Source: Candidatus Cloacimonadales bacterium (GTDB lineage Bacteria > Cloacimonadota > Cloacimonadia > Cloacimonadales > JAFGVF01). Taken from it: a DNA stretch of 64,000 nt. Each line of letters opens with the position of its first letter. The first letter of the stretch is position 1. The stretch covers positions 256,001-320,000 of the forward strand of contig CAXXOU010000001.1 of assembly GCA_963677495.2 (NCBI GenBank), written 5' to 3'. Under the pieces are notes generated by a model. The model was not told where the DNA came from. It made no database searches and saw nothing but the letters and a program-made list of their open reading frames with translations. Below are positions 20,801 through 30,638 of the stretch, one piece after another. A program made the position numbers and the translations under genes.

Positions 20801-21605
20801 GCAACTCTGGTGTGAGCTTCTCTCCGCCTTTAACAACGATCTCATTATGAGCGTTTTTAATATCACTAAAGCTATAACAGTTAGTCGACTTGTTAAGTTT
20901 AACGGTTTCATACTCATAGAAAGTTTTACGCAAATCATCGTTCTCAGAAAGACCAATAGCTCTTAAAAGAACTGATACTGGTAACTTACGTCTTTTATCA
21001 ATATGCACATACATAACGTCATGGATATCAATATTCATTTCCATCCATGAGCCAACATATGGTATTACTTTGCATGAATAAAGCATTTTACCACTTGGAT
21101 GTTTCTCTTCTGAGAAGTAAACACCAGGTGATCTGTGAAGCTGTGAGATAATGATTCTCTCAGCACCGTTAATCATATATGTTCCCTGTTGAGTTACTAA
21201 CGGTAACTCTCCAAGGAATACTTCCTGTTCAATCGAATCTTTGATTTCACGCTTACCACCATCAGGATCTTCTTCATCAAAAATGTGTAACAACATCTTT
21301 GCTTTAATTGCAGCTTGGTAAGTAAGATTTCTTTCAATACATTCTTCGATTGTATATTTTTCCTTTAAGACATTGTAACTAATAAACTCAAGGCGATAAT
21401 TGCCTTTTGTGTCTTCAATAGGGAAAACATTGTTAAAAACAGCTTGCAAACCCTTTTCTTCCCTTTGTGAGGGAGGGACGTTCCTCTGAAGGAATTCCTC
21501 GAATGAATCAACCTGCATAGCCAAAAGATTCGGCACTTCCACTTTAGGAATATTTAATTGGTCAAATCTAGTTGCTATACGGGAATAACTTTTGATCTGT
21601 CTCAA
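17823..21605 (-). CDS. rpoB: RNA polymerase beta subunit (TTG start)
   Basis: SQLHRSPG, CPIETPEG, GDKMAGRHGNKG, GEMEVWALEAYG. Confidence 0.99.
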   Translation of the reverse strand: MRQIKSYSRIATRFDQLNIPKVEVPNLLAMQVDSFEEFLQRNVPPSQREEKGLQAVFNNVFPIEDTKGNYRLEFISYNVLKEKYTIEECIERNLTYQAAIKAKMLLHIFDEEDPDGGKREIKDSIEQEVFLGELPLVTQQGTYMINGAERIIISQLHRSPGVYFSEEKHPSGKMLYSCKVIPYVGSWMEMNIDIHDVMYVHIDKRRKLPVSVLLRAIGLSENDDLRKTFYEYETVKLNKSTNCYSFSDIKNAHNEIVVKGGEKLTPELLKELAQGGLKEITIIKNPNEILKKVLESTIDKDPTTTQDEAAKKIYNLIRPGEEPAAEVAAEFIKQMFFNVKKYNLGAVGRYKMNSRLQLDTPLDNHSLTVDDFKSIFNTLINIYNDSDVVDDIDHLSNRRIRTIGELLQEQYNMGLNMVARIARERMAIANNDEVTVHDLVNSNALISVINTFFLTGQLSQYMEQANPLAALTHKRRFSALGPGGLTRERAGFEVRDVHYSHYGRVCPIETPEGANIGLLSSPSIFSRINSLGFLETPYYKVENGKVTGEVEFLDPAQEDNYLIAQINVTMNEKHEITDEVIYARTKGEFVLVPPTDVQYMDVSPQQMVSVSAALVPFLDHDDANRALMGSNMQRQAVPLLNPEAPVVGTSMERIVAKNSGTVLLAPYDGTIVSVTSEYIEIEPDKKSANYLSFNDLRRIRLKKFLRSNQDTCINQRPIVKVGQKVVEGQQLTDGACIEDERLALGTNMLVAFMPWYGYNYEDAIILSENVARRDSLTSIYIEELEVLVRNVKNGKEQLAYDIPNVPVQSLRNLDKTGIIRVGSQVKAGDIIVGKITPKSVEIDPSPEENLMRALFGDRAGDFTNSSLKAKPGMEGYVIDVKVFSRSEEYNDLEEDNKSTIKRLKADQLLRRKRIAEYKEARLSEYLVGEVSKNIIHEKTKIPFIAPDKKITKDDIKRIDFKRLNTDLELVEDPEKNLTIYQNVILAVKNAKDESDNIYKKERDRLKHGDELPYGVRKMVKVYIAKKRKIQVGDKMAGRHGNKGVISIVAPVADMPFMEDGTPVDIVLNPLGVPSRMNIGQIMETHLGMAARTLGFEVETPIFDGATWEDISKELKDAKLPVDGKQVLYDGKTGEPFKERVTVGVIYMMKLNHLVADKMHARSTGPYSLITQQPLGGKAQHGGQRLGEMEVWALEAYGAAHLLEEMLTIKSDDVDGRTNAFKAITSGKNPPPPGVPESFNVLISELQSLGFDIEFIKEDHR

Positions 21606-21662
21606 AAGTCGCTCCTTTAAATTCTTTGAAATGTTAAGAGATAGAGGTTTTTAAATACAACT

Positions 21663-21690
21663 GGAAGTGGATGTTAAAGCATCCACTTCC
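21663..21690 (-). terminator. Hairpin (terminator/attenuator) between rplL and rpoB
   Basis: GGAAGTGGATG-TTAAAG-CATCCACTTCC 11-bp stem. Confidence 0.7.
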
Positions 21691-21708
21691 TTAAAGTTAT
21701 GACTTGAA

Positions 21709-22086
21709 CTATTTAATTTCGCAAGATGCGCCAGCATCGTCAAGTTTAGTCTTAACAGCTTCGGCTTCTTCTTTAGAAACTTTTTCTACAACTGGCTTTG
21801 GAGCAGCATCAACAAGAGCTTTTGCTTCTTTAAGACCAAGTTTAGTGATTTCACGAACTACTTTAATTACGTTGATCTTTTTCTCGCCTGGGCTTGTAAG
21901 AACTACATCAAATTCTGTTTTTTCTTCAGCAGCTTCAGCGCCAGCACCTGGCATTGCAGCAACAGCAGCTACAGGAGCAGCAGCACTTACACCAAATATT
22001 TCTTCGAGTTCACTTACTAACTCAGAAAGTTCAAGGACGGACATTTCTTTTATAATATCAATAATCTGTTGTTTCTTCTCAGACAT
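21709..22086 (-). CDS. rplL: 50S ribosomal protein L7/L12
   Basis: Ala-rich hinge, [20 protein letters not shown]. Confidence 0.98.
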   Translation of the reverse strand: MSEKKQQIIDIIKEMSVLELSELVSELEEIFGVSAAAPVAAVAAMPGAGAEAAEEKTEFDVVLTSPGEKKINVIKVVREITKLGLKEAKALVDAAPKPVVEKVSKEEAEAVKTKLDDAGASCEIK

Positions 22087-22125
22087 GGTTCCTCCACATA
22101 TTATCTTTTTTTGTTTTAATTTTTT

Positions 22126-22656
22126 TTATTCAGCTTTTTGTTTAGCGATAGCGTCAACCGCATAGAAGAATTTCTTGATGATTCCGGCACATACTGTAGC
22201 CATTCCCTGGATTGGTCCGTTGAAACATCTCAGAACCTGACCGATTAACTCGTCGCGTGATGGCATCTTAGCTAACTGATTAAGTTGCTTTGGTTCAAAT
22301 ACGACTCCGTTTACATAACCGACCTTGAAAGCTGGGAACTCTTTATCACCCATTACATCTTTCTTAAACTTCGCTATGACTTTCGCAGGAGCAACTTCAT
22401 CGTTCTTTGAAACTGCAACTGCTGTTGAATCTTTGAGATATGAATCGAGCTCTGTTACACCAAGTTCGTTGAGAGCGATTTTGATAAGTGTGTTTTTCTG
22501 AACAAAATAATCAACTTGATCTTCTCTCATACGGTGCCTTAACTCATTCACCTCATCTATGTTTATTCCTTTGTAATCCACTAAAACTATCGCTTTAGCA
22601 TCTTTGATACGAGCCTTAATCTCTTTTACTGCGTCTATTTTATAGCTTTGTACCAT
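22126..22656 (-). CDS. rplJ: 50S ribosomal protein L10
   Basis: VDYKGI, KNTLIKIAL, LAKMPSRDEL; start at ATG 22656 after AGGAG. Confidence 0.95.
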   Translation of the reverse strand: MVQSYKIDAVKEIKARIKDAKAIVLVDYKGINIDEVNELRHRMREDQVDYFVQKNTLIKIALNELGVTELDSYLKDSTAVAVSKNDEVAPAKVIAKFKKDVMGDKEFPAFKVGYVNGVVFEPKQLNQLAKMPSRDELIGQVLRCFNGPIQGMATVCAGIIKKFFYAVDAIAKQKAE

Positions 22657-22666
22657 CTGGACTCTC

Positions 22667-23371
22667 CTAACTCTTTGCATCTATAGTTGCAGATGAAATG
22701 TTCAGCTTGATTCCAGGACTCATTGTAGCTGTTACAGTAATACTCTTAATGTAAACGCCTTTGAGTGCTGAAGGTTTGTCTTTTAGAACAGCAGCGATAA
22801 TAGTTTTGATATTACCATATAGCTTTTCTTGTTCGAAGCTGACTTTACCGGCAGGGATATGAAGGTTTGAGAACTTATCAACACGATAAGCTACCTTACC
22901 ACCTTTCGAATCCTGAACGGCTTTTGATACATCCATTGTAACTGTTCCAACTTTTGGATTTGGCATTAAACCACGAGGTCCAAGTACTCTACCTAAACGA
23001 CCAATCTTACCCATTAAGTTTGGAGTTGCAATTACTACGTCAAAATCTAACCAACCTGAGTTGATCTTCTCGATATATTCATCAAGTCCTACGTAGTTAG
23101 CTCCGGCAGCTTCAGCTTCTTCTGCTTTCGCACCTTCTGCGAAAACAAGTACTGTTACCTGTTTACCGGTTCCATGTGGTAAGATAAGGGAGTTACGGAT
23201 CTGTTGATCAGCCTTACGTGGGTCGACTCCAAGATTGAAATGAACTTCTACTGTCTCGTCAAATTTAGACGTGGGTAATGACTTGAGCAGTTCTACCGCT
23301 TCCGCGATATCGTATCTTTTCAATCTATCAACCTGTGCAAGGGCCTGGCGATATTTTTTACTTTTTTGCAT
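22667..23371 (-). CDS. rplA: 50S ribosomal protein L1
   Basis: [29 protein letters not shown]. Confidence 0.98.
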   Translation of the reverse strand: MQKSKKYRQALAQVDRLKRYDIAEAVELLKSLPTSKFDETVEVHFNLGVDPRKADQQIRNSLILPHGTGKQVTVLVFAEGAKAEEAEAAGANYVGLDEYIEKINSGWLDFDVVIATPNLMGKIGRLGRVLGPRGLMPNPKVGTVTMDVSKAVQDSKGGKVAYRVDKFSNLHIPAGKVSFEQEKLYGNIKTIIAAVLKDKPSALKGVYIKSITVTATMSPGIKLNISSATIDAKS

Positions 23372-23402
23372 TCATACTCCTTCTAGAATATACTCCGCAG
23401 GT

Positions 23403-23828
23403 TTAGTCTTCGACTAAAACACCCATGCTGCGTGCAGTTCCTGCGACCATACTCATAGCAGATTCCATGGAATGACAATTCATATCTTTCATTTTCATCT
23501 CAGCTATCTTTCTGACAGATTCCTTTGATACTGTTCCAACTTTATTCTTGTTGGGTTCTCCGGAACCTTTTGCTAAACCAGCCTCTTTCTTAATCAAAAC
23601 TGCTGCAGGAGGAGTCTTAATTTCGAACGTAAATGACTTGTTTCTAGCGACAGAGATAACAACCGGAAATATCATTCCCGGGCTGTCTTTTGTTCGATCG
23701 TTGAACTGACGGCAAAATTCTGCTATATTAACACCAGCTTGACCAAGTGCAGGACCGACTGGAGGTGCAGGGGTCGCTGCTCCGGCAGGTAACTGGAGTT
23801 TTACGATTACGTTTTCATTCTTTGCCAT
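23403..23828 (-). CDS. rplK: 50S ribosomal protein L11
   Basis: [25 protein letters not shown]. Confidence 0.98.
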   Translation of the reverse strand: MAKNENVIVKLQLPAGAATPAPPVGPALGQAGVNIAEFCRQFNDRTKDSPGMIFPVVISVARNKSFTFEIKTPPAAVLIKKEAGLAKGSGEPNKNKVGTVSKESVRKIAEMKMKDMNCHSMESAMSMVAGTARSMGVLVED

Positions 23829-23849
23829 TATTCTACCTCATCTATTAAG

Positions 23850-24374
23850 TTATTTTTTAATTTCTACTTGATCGGCGCTTACTTCAACAGGTGTAATTCT
23901 ACCAAATACAGTTACATTTACTGTAAGGCGAACTCCATCACTGTCTAGTTTATCTACAACACCTTCAAAGTCCATAAACGGCCCGGCAATAATGTTTACA
24001 TGATCACCCGGCAGGATTTCGTGCATGGAGGAGCTACCTTGATCGCGGTTATCAATACCCAAAAGACGATCTACTTCGTCTTGTGGCAAGGCTATTGGAT
24101 TCTTTCCATAACCAAGTATATGAGTTACTCCGCTTACGTTCAAGATGTAAGTCTTAACTTCAGGTGTCAAATCTGCTTCGATAATTATATAGCTATTAAA
24201 TAGCTTCTTTTCGCGCTCTATTTTCTTCCCATCACGAATATGAAAAGTTTTCTGAGTTGGAACCAGTATCTGTCCTATCTTCCCTTCGATAGGGGTGTTG
24301 AGAATACCTTTAGCGATAGTCTCTTTTACACGGTTCTCATGGGAATAATAGGTGTGTACAACATACCATTTCAT
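23850..24374 (-). CDS. nusG: Transcription termination/antitermination factor NusG
   Basis: KWYVVHT NGN domain; KOW motif GPFMDFEG; VFGRITPVEV. Confidence 0.96.
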   Translation of the reverse strand: MKWYVVHTYYSHENRVKETIAKGILNTPIEGKIGQILVPTQKTFHIRDGKKIEREKKLFNSYIIIEADLTPEVKTYILNVSGVTHILGYGKNPIALPQDEVDRLLGIDNRDQGSSSMHEILPGDHVNIIAGPFMDFEGVVDKLDSDGVRLTVNVTVFGRITPVEVSADQVEIKK

Positions 24375-24394
24375 ATATTAGGTTCCTGTTTTGC

Positions 24395-24583
24395 TTAATA
24401 TCCGAAGATTACCTTATTGATTAAGAGCTTAAAAACTAAATCAACTGCAAAAAGGAAAGTAGCAGTAATAATAGACATTATTATCACAGCTGTTGTTCCC
24501 TCTACTAAATCAGCCTTTGTAGGCCAACTTACAGATTTCAATTCAGTCTTAACTTCTTTCAAAAACTTTACTAGTTTATTCAT
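24395..24583 (-). CDS. secE: Preprotein translocase subunit SecE
   Basis: FLKEVKTELKSVSWP plus single TM; position. Confidence 0.95.
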   Translation of the reverse strand: MNKLVKFLKEVKTELKSVSWPTKADLVEGTTAVIIMSIITATFLFAVDLVFKLLINKVIFGY

Positions 24584-24672
24584 ACAACACTCACATCCAA
24601 TAAATCTGTAATTATTATAAAGGCTAATAAGTCAGCGAAACTTTCGCTCCGCTGACTTCAAGCTTTTATATC

Positions 24673-24748
24673 TGGCAGGACAGGCAGGACTCGAACCCGC
24701 AACACCTGGTTTTGGAGACCAGTGCTCTACCAATTGAACTACTGTCCT
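24673..24748 (-). tRNA. tRNA-Trp (CCA)
   Basis: AGGACAG acceptor stem, CTGGT-CTCCAAA-ACCAG anticodon arm, GGTTCGAGTCC T-arm, encoded CCA. Confidence 0.96.
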
Positions 24749-24757
24749 GTATAACCA

Positions 24758-24907
24758 CTATTTATTTTGTTTATGGTTAGTATGCTTCCGACAAGTTGGG
24801 CAATATTTCTTTAAAGCCAATCTCTCCGGATGCTTTCTTTTGTTTTTTGTAGTAGTGTAATTTCTGTTCTTACACTCCTGACATTCGAGAATTATAATAT
24901 CTCTCAT
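24758..24907 (-). CDS. rpmG: 50S ribosomal protein L33 (Zn-ribbon form), not in ORF track
   Basis: Manual translation [49 protein letters not shown]. Confidence 0.96.
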   Translation of the reverse strand: MRDIIILECQECKNRNYTTTKNKRKHPERLALKKYCPTCRKHTNHKQNK

Positions 24908-24918
24908 TTATCTGCACC

Positions 24919-26103
24919 TTACTCGACGATTGTTCCGACAACTCCGGCACCGATAGTTCTTCCGCCTTCACGGATAGCATAACGAAGACCTTGCTCCATA
25001 GCGATAGGTGTGATAAGTTCACCAGTGATCTCTACGTTATCACCAGGCATAACCATCTCAATACCTTCAGGTAAGTGCAATGATCCGGTAACGTCTGTTG
25101 TTCTGAAATAGAACTGAGGACGATAGCCGTCGAAGAATGGTTTATGACGTCCACCTTCATCCTTAGTGAGGATATAAGTTTTGCCACTGAATTTTGTATG
25201 AGGTGTAACACTCTTTGGTTTAGCGAGAACCATACCGCGTTCGATATCTTCTTTACCCATACCACGAAGCAACATACCGATATTGTCACCGGCTTGAGCT
25301 GAATCCATGATTTTACGGAACATTTCAACACCTGTACAAGTAGTTTCAACTGTTTCGCGAATACCAATTCTAGCAACTTTGTCTTGCATTTTGATTACGC
25401 CACGCTCAACACGACCTGTAGCAACTGTACCACGGCCAGGAATTGAGAATACGTCTTCGACAGGCATAAGGAAAGGCTGATCGATTGCTCTTTCAGGTTC
25501 TGGAATATATGCATCAACTTGGTCGATAAGTTCCTGAATCTGTGCTTCGCCTTCTGGATCTCCGTTAAGAGCTTTAAGTGCTGAACCCATTACGATAGGA
25601 ATATCATCACCAGGGAAGTCGTATGTTGAAAGAAGATCTCTAACTTCCATCTCTACAAGTTCAAGAAGTTCTTCATCATCAACAAGGTCAACCTTGTTAA
25701 GGAATACAACCATAGCTGGAACACCAACCTGGCGAGCGAGCAAGATGTGCTCACGAGTCTGAGGCATAGGACCATCAGCTGCGCTTACGACAAGAATAGC
25801 TCCGTCCATCTGTGCAGCACCAGTGATCATGTTTTTAACATAGTCAGCGTGACCAGGACAGTCAACGTGTGCATAGTGACGAATTTCTGATTCGTATTCA
25901 ACGTGAGCAGTAGCAATAGTTATACCACGAGCTTTCTCTTCAGGTGCGTTATCAATTGAATCAAATGATCTGAACTCAGCGCCTTTTTTCTTACTGAGAT
26001 ACAAAGTCATTGCGGCTGTTAAAGTAGTTTTACCATGATCAACGTGACCAATGGTGCCTACATTAACATGGGGCTTGGTGCGTACAAATTTCTCTTTAGC
26101 CAT
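24919..26103 (-). CDS. tuf: Elongation factor Tu
   Basis: MAKEKF start after [27 protein letters not shown]. Confidence 0.99.
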   Translation of the reverse strand: MAKEKFVRTKPHVNVGTIGHVDHGKTTLTAAMTLYLSKKKGAEFRSFDSIDNAPEEKARGITIATAHVEYESEIRHYAHVDCPGHADYVKNMITGAAQMDGAILVVSAADGPMPQTREHILLARQVGVPAMVVFLNKVDLVDDEELLELVEMEVRDLLSTYDFPGDDIPIVMGSALKALNGDPEGEAQIQELIDQVDAYIPEPERAIDQPFLMPVEDVFSIPGRGTVATGRVERGVIKMQDKVARIGIRETVETTCTGVEMFRKIMDSAQAGDNIGMLLRGMGKEDIERGMVLAKPKSVTPHTKFSGKTYILTKDEGGRHKPFFDGYRPQFYFRTTDVTGSLHLPEGIEMVMPGDNVEITGELITPIAMEQGLRYAIREGGRTIGAGVVGTIVE

Positions 26104-26172
26104 TTCTCCTCCCAGAGGTAATGTAGTTGTATTTGTTTGTTGTTTTAATTTAATTTCTTCTATATATAACAA

Positions 26173-26248
26173 TGGAGCTCATGATCGGACTTGAACCGAC
26201 GACCTCGTCCTTACCAAGGAAGTGCTCTACCGACTGAGCTACATGAGC
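26173..26248 (-). tRNA. tRNA-Thr (GGT)
   Basis: GCTCATG acceptor stem, TTGGTAA anticodon loop, CCA end. Confidence 0.93.
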
Positions 26249-26263
26249 TTGTATATAAAAATT

Positions 26264-26340
26264 TGGAGCGGGAGACGGGATTCGAACCCGCGACCCTCAG
26301 CTTGGAAGGCTGATGCTCTAGCCAACTGAGCTACTCCCGC
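26264..26340 (-). tRNA. tRNA-Gly (TCC)
   Basis: GCGGGAG acceptor stem, TCAGC-CTTCCAA-GCTGA arm, CCA end. Confidence 0.96.
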
Positions 26341-26375
26341 AAACTTAACTGCGACTTTTTACATAAAATAAAAAA

Positions 26376-26461
26376 TGGTGGAGAGGGTAGGATTTGAACC
26401 TACGAAGGCGTCCGCCGACAGATTTACAGTCTGTTCCCTTTGACCACTCGGGAACCTCTCC
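26376..26461 (-). tRNA. tRNA-Tyr (GTA)
   Basis: GGAGAGG acceptor stem, ACAGA-CTGTAAA-TCTGT arm, long variable arm, CCA end. Confidence 0.96.
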
Positions 26462-26467
26462 ACTTTC

Positions 26468-26542
26468 TGGAGCCGAAGAAGGGAATCGAACCCCCAACCT
26501 AGTGATTACAAATCACTTGCTCTACCGTTGAGCTACTTCGGC
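26468..26542 (-). tRNA. tRNA-Thr (TGT)
   Basis: GCCGAAG acceptor stem, AGTGA-TTTGTAA-TCACT arm, CCA end. Confidence 0.96.
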
Positions 26543-27012
26543 TCGTCATGTTGCGTCATAAAACTTTTCGCTTTCTCTATGTCAAGATTTATTTACATCT
26601 TTTCTTTGCTCATCCACACACTATGCATACTTCAAATATCTTTTGCAATATCATCGCAAAAAATAAAACCACTTACATTATGTCAAATATTTTTTCTTAG
26701 CCTTTACTAAACCCTTTGTTAACTATATAATTACATCTTAGCTTTTATCTCTACACTGCCCCTTACTATGCATTTCTATCTACTTTTTTATGCTAGTTAT
26801 TTTGCCCTATTTTTTTTGCTTTTTTCTGTAGACTTTATAAATGTTTGCCCTATTCGTTCAGTCTTTGATTGCTCTTTTACCATTTTTTATGTTGTTTGAT
26901 TTCAGGTTTAATTCCTGATATAGTAGGCAGTATATTAGGATTTCGCATGTTTTATTATCATCTGCTCCCTTTTTGGGAAGATAATGTACCTTCATGAGAT
27001 GAGATTCTTATA

Positions 27013-27888
27013 CTATAATAGCACTTCCTCAGTTGGAATCGCTTCTAATCTGACCTCTTTATATGTCTTTTCTCCCTCCTCAAGGATGAACCTGGAGTTA
27101 TTAGGATAATAACCATCACTAGAAACATGAATCTCATATTCCCCTATTGGAAGACCAATTTTTTTAATGTGACTACCTGTATAAGTCTCTTCAAACTCTC
27201 CACAACTTATTTTTATCTGTGCATCAGCTGCGAAAACTCTAATCTCTAAACAGCTAGAAACAATATCTGGAAAGAAGTCTTTAGTATAAACTTGACCCTT
27301 TTTGATCTCAACAAATTCATTTATATCCTCATATCCTTGCAACTTTGCTTCTATTATAACATGCTGTGGAATGATTCGTATCTCATTTGCTTTTCTTTTT
27401 TCGATCAGTATACCGTTTATACGAATTTTGGTGAAAGGGTTAAATTTGAACTTGAGAATGGCATACTCATCATCTCCATAGGCAAAGAGTTTTCGCTTCA
27501 CCCCTTTTGGGTTCCCTGCAAGCTTAAAAAGAAATCCCTCTTTATTGTTAAAGGACTTAATCCCAAAATCGCTTAAGTTTAGCCTTAAATCATCATAACC
27601 AACAGCTCTAATTATAATTTCCTCTGTAGCTTCCGGTAATGCAAAGACAGACATATCTTCCGCTAACTTAGAATCGAGTTCTTTTCCATTCAGATTGAAA
27701 ACTTGAAGATTATCAAGGATGTACAGCTCTGACCAAAAAGCAATAATGGCTGTATCTCTATTAAAATGGTTCTTGTATTCAATGTAATTAACATTGCGTA
27801 CAGGTTCACCTTCCACACTCAATTGATTAGTTTTGCTCAAGAGTATTGCAAATAGTACCAAAGAAATAGTAAGTATCTTTTTTATCAT
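27013..27888 (-). CDS. Secreted hypothetical protein with PEGA-like domains
   Basis: Signal peptide; LPIGEYEIHVSSDGYYP and AKLQGYED PEGA-like repeats. Confidence 0.6.
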   Translation of the reverse strand: MIKKILTISLVLFAILLSKTNQLSVEGEPVRNVNYIEYKNHFNRDTAIIAFWSELYILDNLQVFNLNGKELDSKLAEDMSVFALPEATEEIIIRAVGYDDLRLNLSDFGIKSFNNKEGFLFKLAGNPKGVKRKLFAYGDDEYAILKFKFNPFTKIRINGILIEKRKANEIRIIPQHVIIEAKLQGYEDINEFVEIKKGQVYTKDFFPDIVSSCLEIRVFAADAQIKISCGEFEETYTGSHIKKIGLPIGEYEIHVSSDGYYPNNSRFILEEGEKTYKEVRLEAIPTEEVLL

Positions 27889-28094
27889 TGTTCTTCATTT
27901 CCTTCAAATCAATTTTGATAGACAAATTTCATGCTGTCAAGATTATAAATTCCATTTCTTACCATATTACATAATTTCAATATTTCATTTCTTCCTATTC
28001 TAATGCTTCAATTTTTTATCTCTTTTTTCTCGCAAGTTTATGCCTCCCTCCCTTTAGCATCTCTTTACAAGAACTTCCTTGCACCGTTAAAAAT

Positions 28095-28169
28095 GTTATG
28101 CACACGATGTGGATAACTTTAGGGTTTCATAGGGAGGGTCTAGGGAGGCTAAAGGGAGGGACAAGCGAG
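28095..28169. repeat. Dispersed inverted repeat, left copy: paired DnaA boxes plus 11-bp-phased AGGGAG array C
   Basis: 28095-28159 equals the reverse complement of 36388-36452 at 64/65; TTATGCACA 28096-28104, TGTGGATAA 28108-28116; AGGGAG at 28131, 28142, 28153 and AGCGAG at 28164. Confidence 0.92.
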
Positions 28170-28272
28170 ATTCAAGGTTTTTGAAGCAGGACGTACCAGA
28201 CTTGTAACAGAAACGTAAAGAATTAAGGGAGATTGCTAAAAGCGGAACACAAGTGAAGCAATAGCGGACTTC

Positions 28273-28349
28273 CTTACTTCTTTGAAGTGGGTAGATGCTT
28301 ACTTCTTTGAAGTGGGTAGATGCTTACTTCTTTGAGGTGGGTGAATGCT
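28273..28349. repeat. 25-bp tandem repeat x3 (CTTACTTCTTTGAAGTGGGTAGATG)
   Basis: Units at 28273, 28298 (identical) and 28323 (3 differences); no spacers. Confidence 0.92.
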
Positions 28350-28403
28350 CGGGTATGTGTTGGAATATTTAGAAAGACTTTATTGCATAATGACTTGCGA
28401 GAG

Positions 28404-28458
28404 TAAGATCTTTTTAGGAAGTTCGTTCTCCCGCTGGTCGTAACAAACTCCCTAAAAA
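28404..28458. repeat. Dispersed hairpin repeat, family H (upstream of radical SAM gene)
   Basis: TTTTTAGGAAGT.CGTTCTCCCG.TGGTCGT.ACAAACTCCCTAAAAA, near-identical direct copy at 30639-30694. Confidence 0.85.
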
Positions 28459-28561
28459 ATTGCTTTCTGCTTCGTCCCACATTAGAGTGGTGTAAGCTAA
28501 CAATACTTATTTCTTGCCTTAGAATGAGACTTAACTATAATTACCATCATAGAGGAGTATT

Positions 28562-30511
28562 ATGCGCTTAAGAGATTATATATTTGATGTAGCCCCACGA
28601 ATGATTCCTTACGAAAGGGCTAGAAAAGGTGGTAAGAGAACTGTTAATCCATTGACAATCACGTTTTCCGTTACTGCTGCATGCCGTAGTTTGTGTAAAA
28701 CATGTAATATTGGTAGAGTTTACATGGATAATCCTGATATTGCAAAGAACGACCTGACCTTAGAAGAGATAGAATCAGTATTCAAAACTTTAGGGCATAT
28801 CTACTTCTTTAATGTGTCAGGTGGGGAACCATTCATGAGAATGGATCTGCCGGAAATACTAAAGCTGGCATTTATCCATCTTAAACCAAAGCTTATTAGC
28901 ATTCCTACAAACTCCTTAGCTCCTAAATCAATCGAGAAAGCAACTCTTAAAATTCTTGAATACATGGATGAGTATCTCCCCTCTCATGTGCCTCTTTCTA
29001 TAAAGCCCTCTATTGATGGGGTTGGTGAAATGCATGACTATGTTCGTGGGATCAAAGGTAATTTCGTAAAACTTGAAGAGACTATTGATAGACTATTAGC
29101 TATTAGAGCTAAGAATCCACGCTTGCATGTTGACCTTGGAAGCGTGATTTCTAACTATAATCTTGAACATCTTGATGAGCTTGAGAAGTGGGTACATAAA
29201 CGTGGAATTGAATCCTATCGACATGAAATTGCAGAACAACGTGTAGAGTTCCATAATGTGGGAGACCCGATAACTCCATCACCGAGAGCATATAAACAAC
29301 TTACGCGTGAGTTTTCCAATAAGATTATCCAGAACATTAAGGGTAAAGCTCTACACACTAAAGTAACTGAATCAGTTAGACTTGCGTACTACGATGTTGC
29401 AAATGATATTCTGAAGCATAAGAAACAGGTGACACCATGTTATGGCGGTTTAGCCAATATTCACATGGATTATAATGGCGAGATCTGGCCATGTTGTATT
29501 CTGGGTGGCGAACAATCCATGGGCAATGTCCGGGATTGGGATTATGAAATCCAGGCTTTGATGGATTCACCTAGAGCAAAAACAGTGATTGAGTACATTG
29601 CTGAGGGCAATTGTGCTTGTCCTCTTGCCAGTCAATGGTTGAATAATGTGCTTCTCACTCCAAAGCATATGCTGAATGTGCTCTATATTTTGTTAGTTAA
29701 ATTCCCATTCAAGCTTATTGCTCCAGGACTTGGCAAACCAAAGGTCCGAAAAGAGGAAGCGATTATACTTGATAAAGCCGGGACTATTCCTACTCCTTCA
29801 GTTTATGATAAAGATGATTTGATTAAGTCTGATAAAGAATATACAGAAGTTGAGCCGATTACAAAAGAAAAAACTTTCCATGCTCAATCTGTTCGTGAAC
29901 TATCAGATAAATCTTATATACTTACAATCGATCGGCATGGAATTGAGTTTATTCCGGGACAGTTCTTTATCTTAGGATTACCGGAAGAGACAACCGGAAG
30001 AGAATATACAATCTACTCCTCGACGGAAGATAACAGATTAGAGTTCATGATAACAGAAGTTGAGAATGGGCAAGTGTCCTGTGCGTTACGAAAGCTTAAA
30101 CCGGGTGATGAGGTAAGGATAGAGGGTCCATTAGGGTATTTCAGAGTTGAGAATGACCCTAGCTTCAAAGGAAAGCATATCTTCGTTGCTACCGGTGCAG
30201 GGATTGCTCCTTTCCATTCATTTGTTGTTAGTAATCCTAACCTTGATTACCGACTAATTCATGGAGTTCGTAAACTTGATGATAGTTTCGACAAAGATGA
30301 TTATAGTAAAGATCGAATGGTTGTTTGCACATCTCGTGAGGAGTCAGGAGATTATCATGGCAGAGTAACGGATTACCTAAGAGATCTGGTAATTGATAAG
30401 AACGATCTCTTCTATATCTGTGGGAACACTGATATGTTATACGAAACATATGATATCCTAATATCAAAAGGGGTAACTCGTGAGTCGATTAGAGTAGAGG
30501 TGTTTTATTGA
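28562..30511 (+). CDS. Radical SAM/SPASM protein fused to a C-terminal ferredoxin-NADP reductase-like (FAD/NAD-binding) domain
   Basis: CRSLCKTC, SGGEPF, CYGG...WPCC...CAC; then REYTIYS, EGPLG, ATGAGIAPF, YICGN. Confidence 0.9.
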   Translation: MRLRDYIFDVAPRMIPYERARKGGKRTVNPLTITFSVTAACRSLCKTCNIGRVYMDNPDIAKNDLTLEEIESVFKTLGHIYFFNVSGGEPFMRMDLPEILKLAFIHLKPKLISIPTNSLAPKSIEKATLKILEYMDEYLPSHVPLSIKPSIDGVGEMHDYVRGIKGNFVKLEETIDRLLAIRAKNPRLHVDLGSVISNYNLEHLDELEKWVHKRGIESYRHEIAEQRVEFHNVGDPITPSPRAYKQLTREFSNKIIQNIKGKALHTKVTESVRLAYYDVANDILKHKKQVTPCYGGLANIHMDYNGEIWPCCILGGEQSMGNVRDWDYEIQALMDSPRAKTVIEYIAEGNCACPLASQWLNNVLLTPKHMLNVLYILLVKFPFKLIAPGLGKPKVRKEEAIILDKAGTIPTPSVYDKDDLIKSDKEYTEVEPITKEKTFHAQSVRELSDKSYILTIDRHGIEFIPGQFFILGLPEETTGREYTIYSSTEDNRLEFMITEVENGQVSCALRKLKPGDEVRIEGPLGYFRVENDPSFKGKHIFVATGAGIAPFHSFVVSNPNLDYRLIHGVRKLDDSFDKDDYSKDRMVVCTSREESGDYHGRVTDYLRDLVIDKNDLFYICGNTDMLYETYDILISKGVTRESIRVEVFY

Positions 30512-30638
30512 TGTAACCTGGTTGTCTCAATATCAGGAGAAGTCACCAGTGCGAGTTAACGGGCTTGGGGATTTGCGGAATTGGATCTAGTACATATTAC
30601 ACCTTTTAAAAGATAGCGCGCAAAAGTTTCTGCGACGA

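Noticed and set aside
13389..22165. Numerous antisense or alternate-frame ORFs within rpoBC and rplL
   Set aside because: Shadow ORFs from codon bias of highly expressed genes; no recognisable motifs.
26700..26900. Possible degenerate phased array in a pyrimidine-rich tract
   Set aside because: Spacing of CTAT/TTAT is irregular (9-12 bp) and expected in AT-rich DNA.
28095..28116. oriC
   Set aside because: Only two DnaA boxes per copy, duplicated at 36431-36451, with no dnaA/dnaN/gidA context.
28273..28349. Possible mini-CRISPR
   Set aside because: Units are contiguous with no spacers and there are no cas genes in the window.
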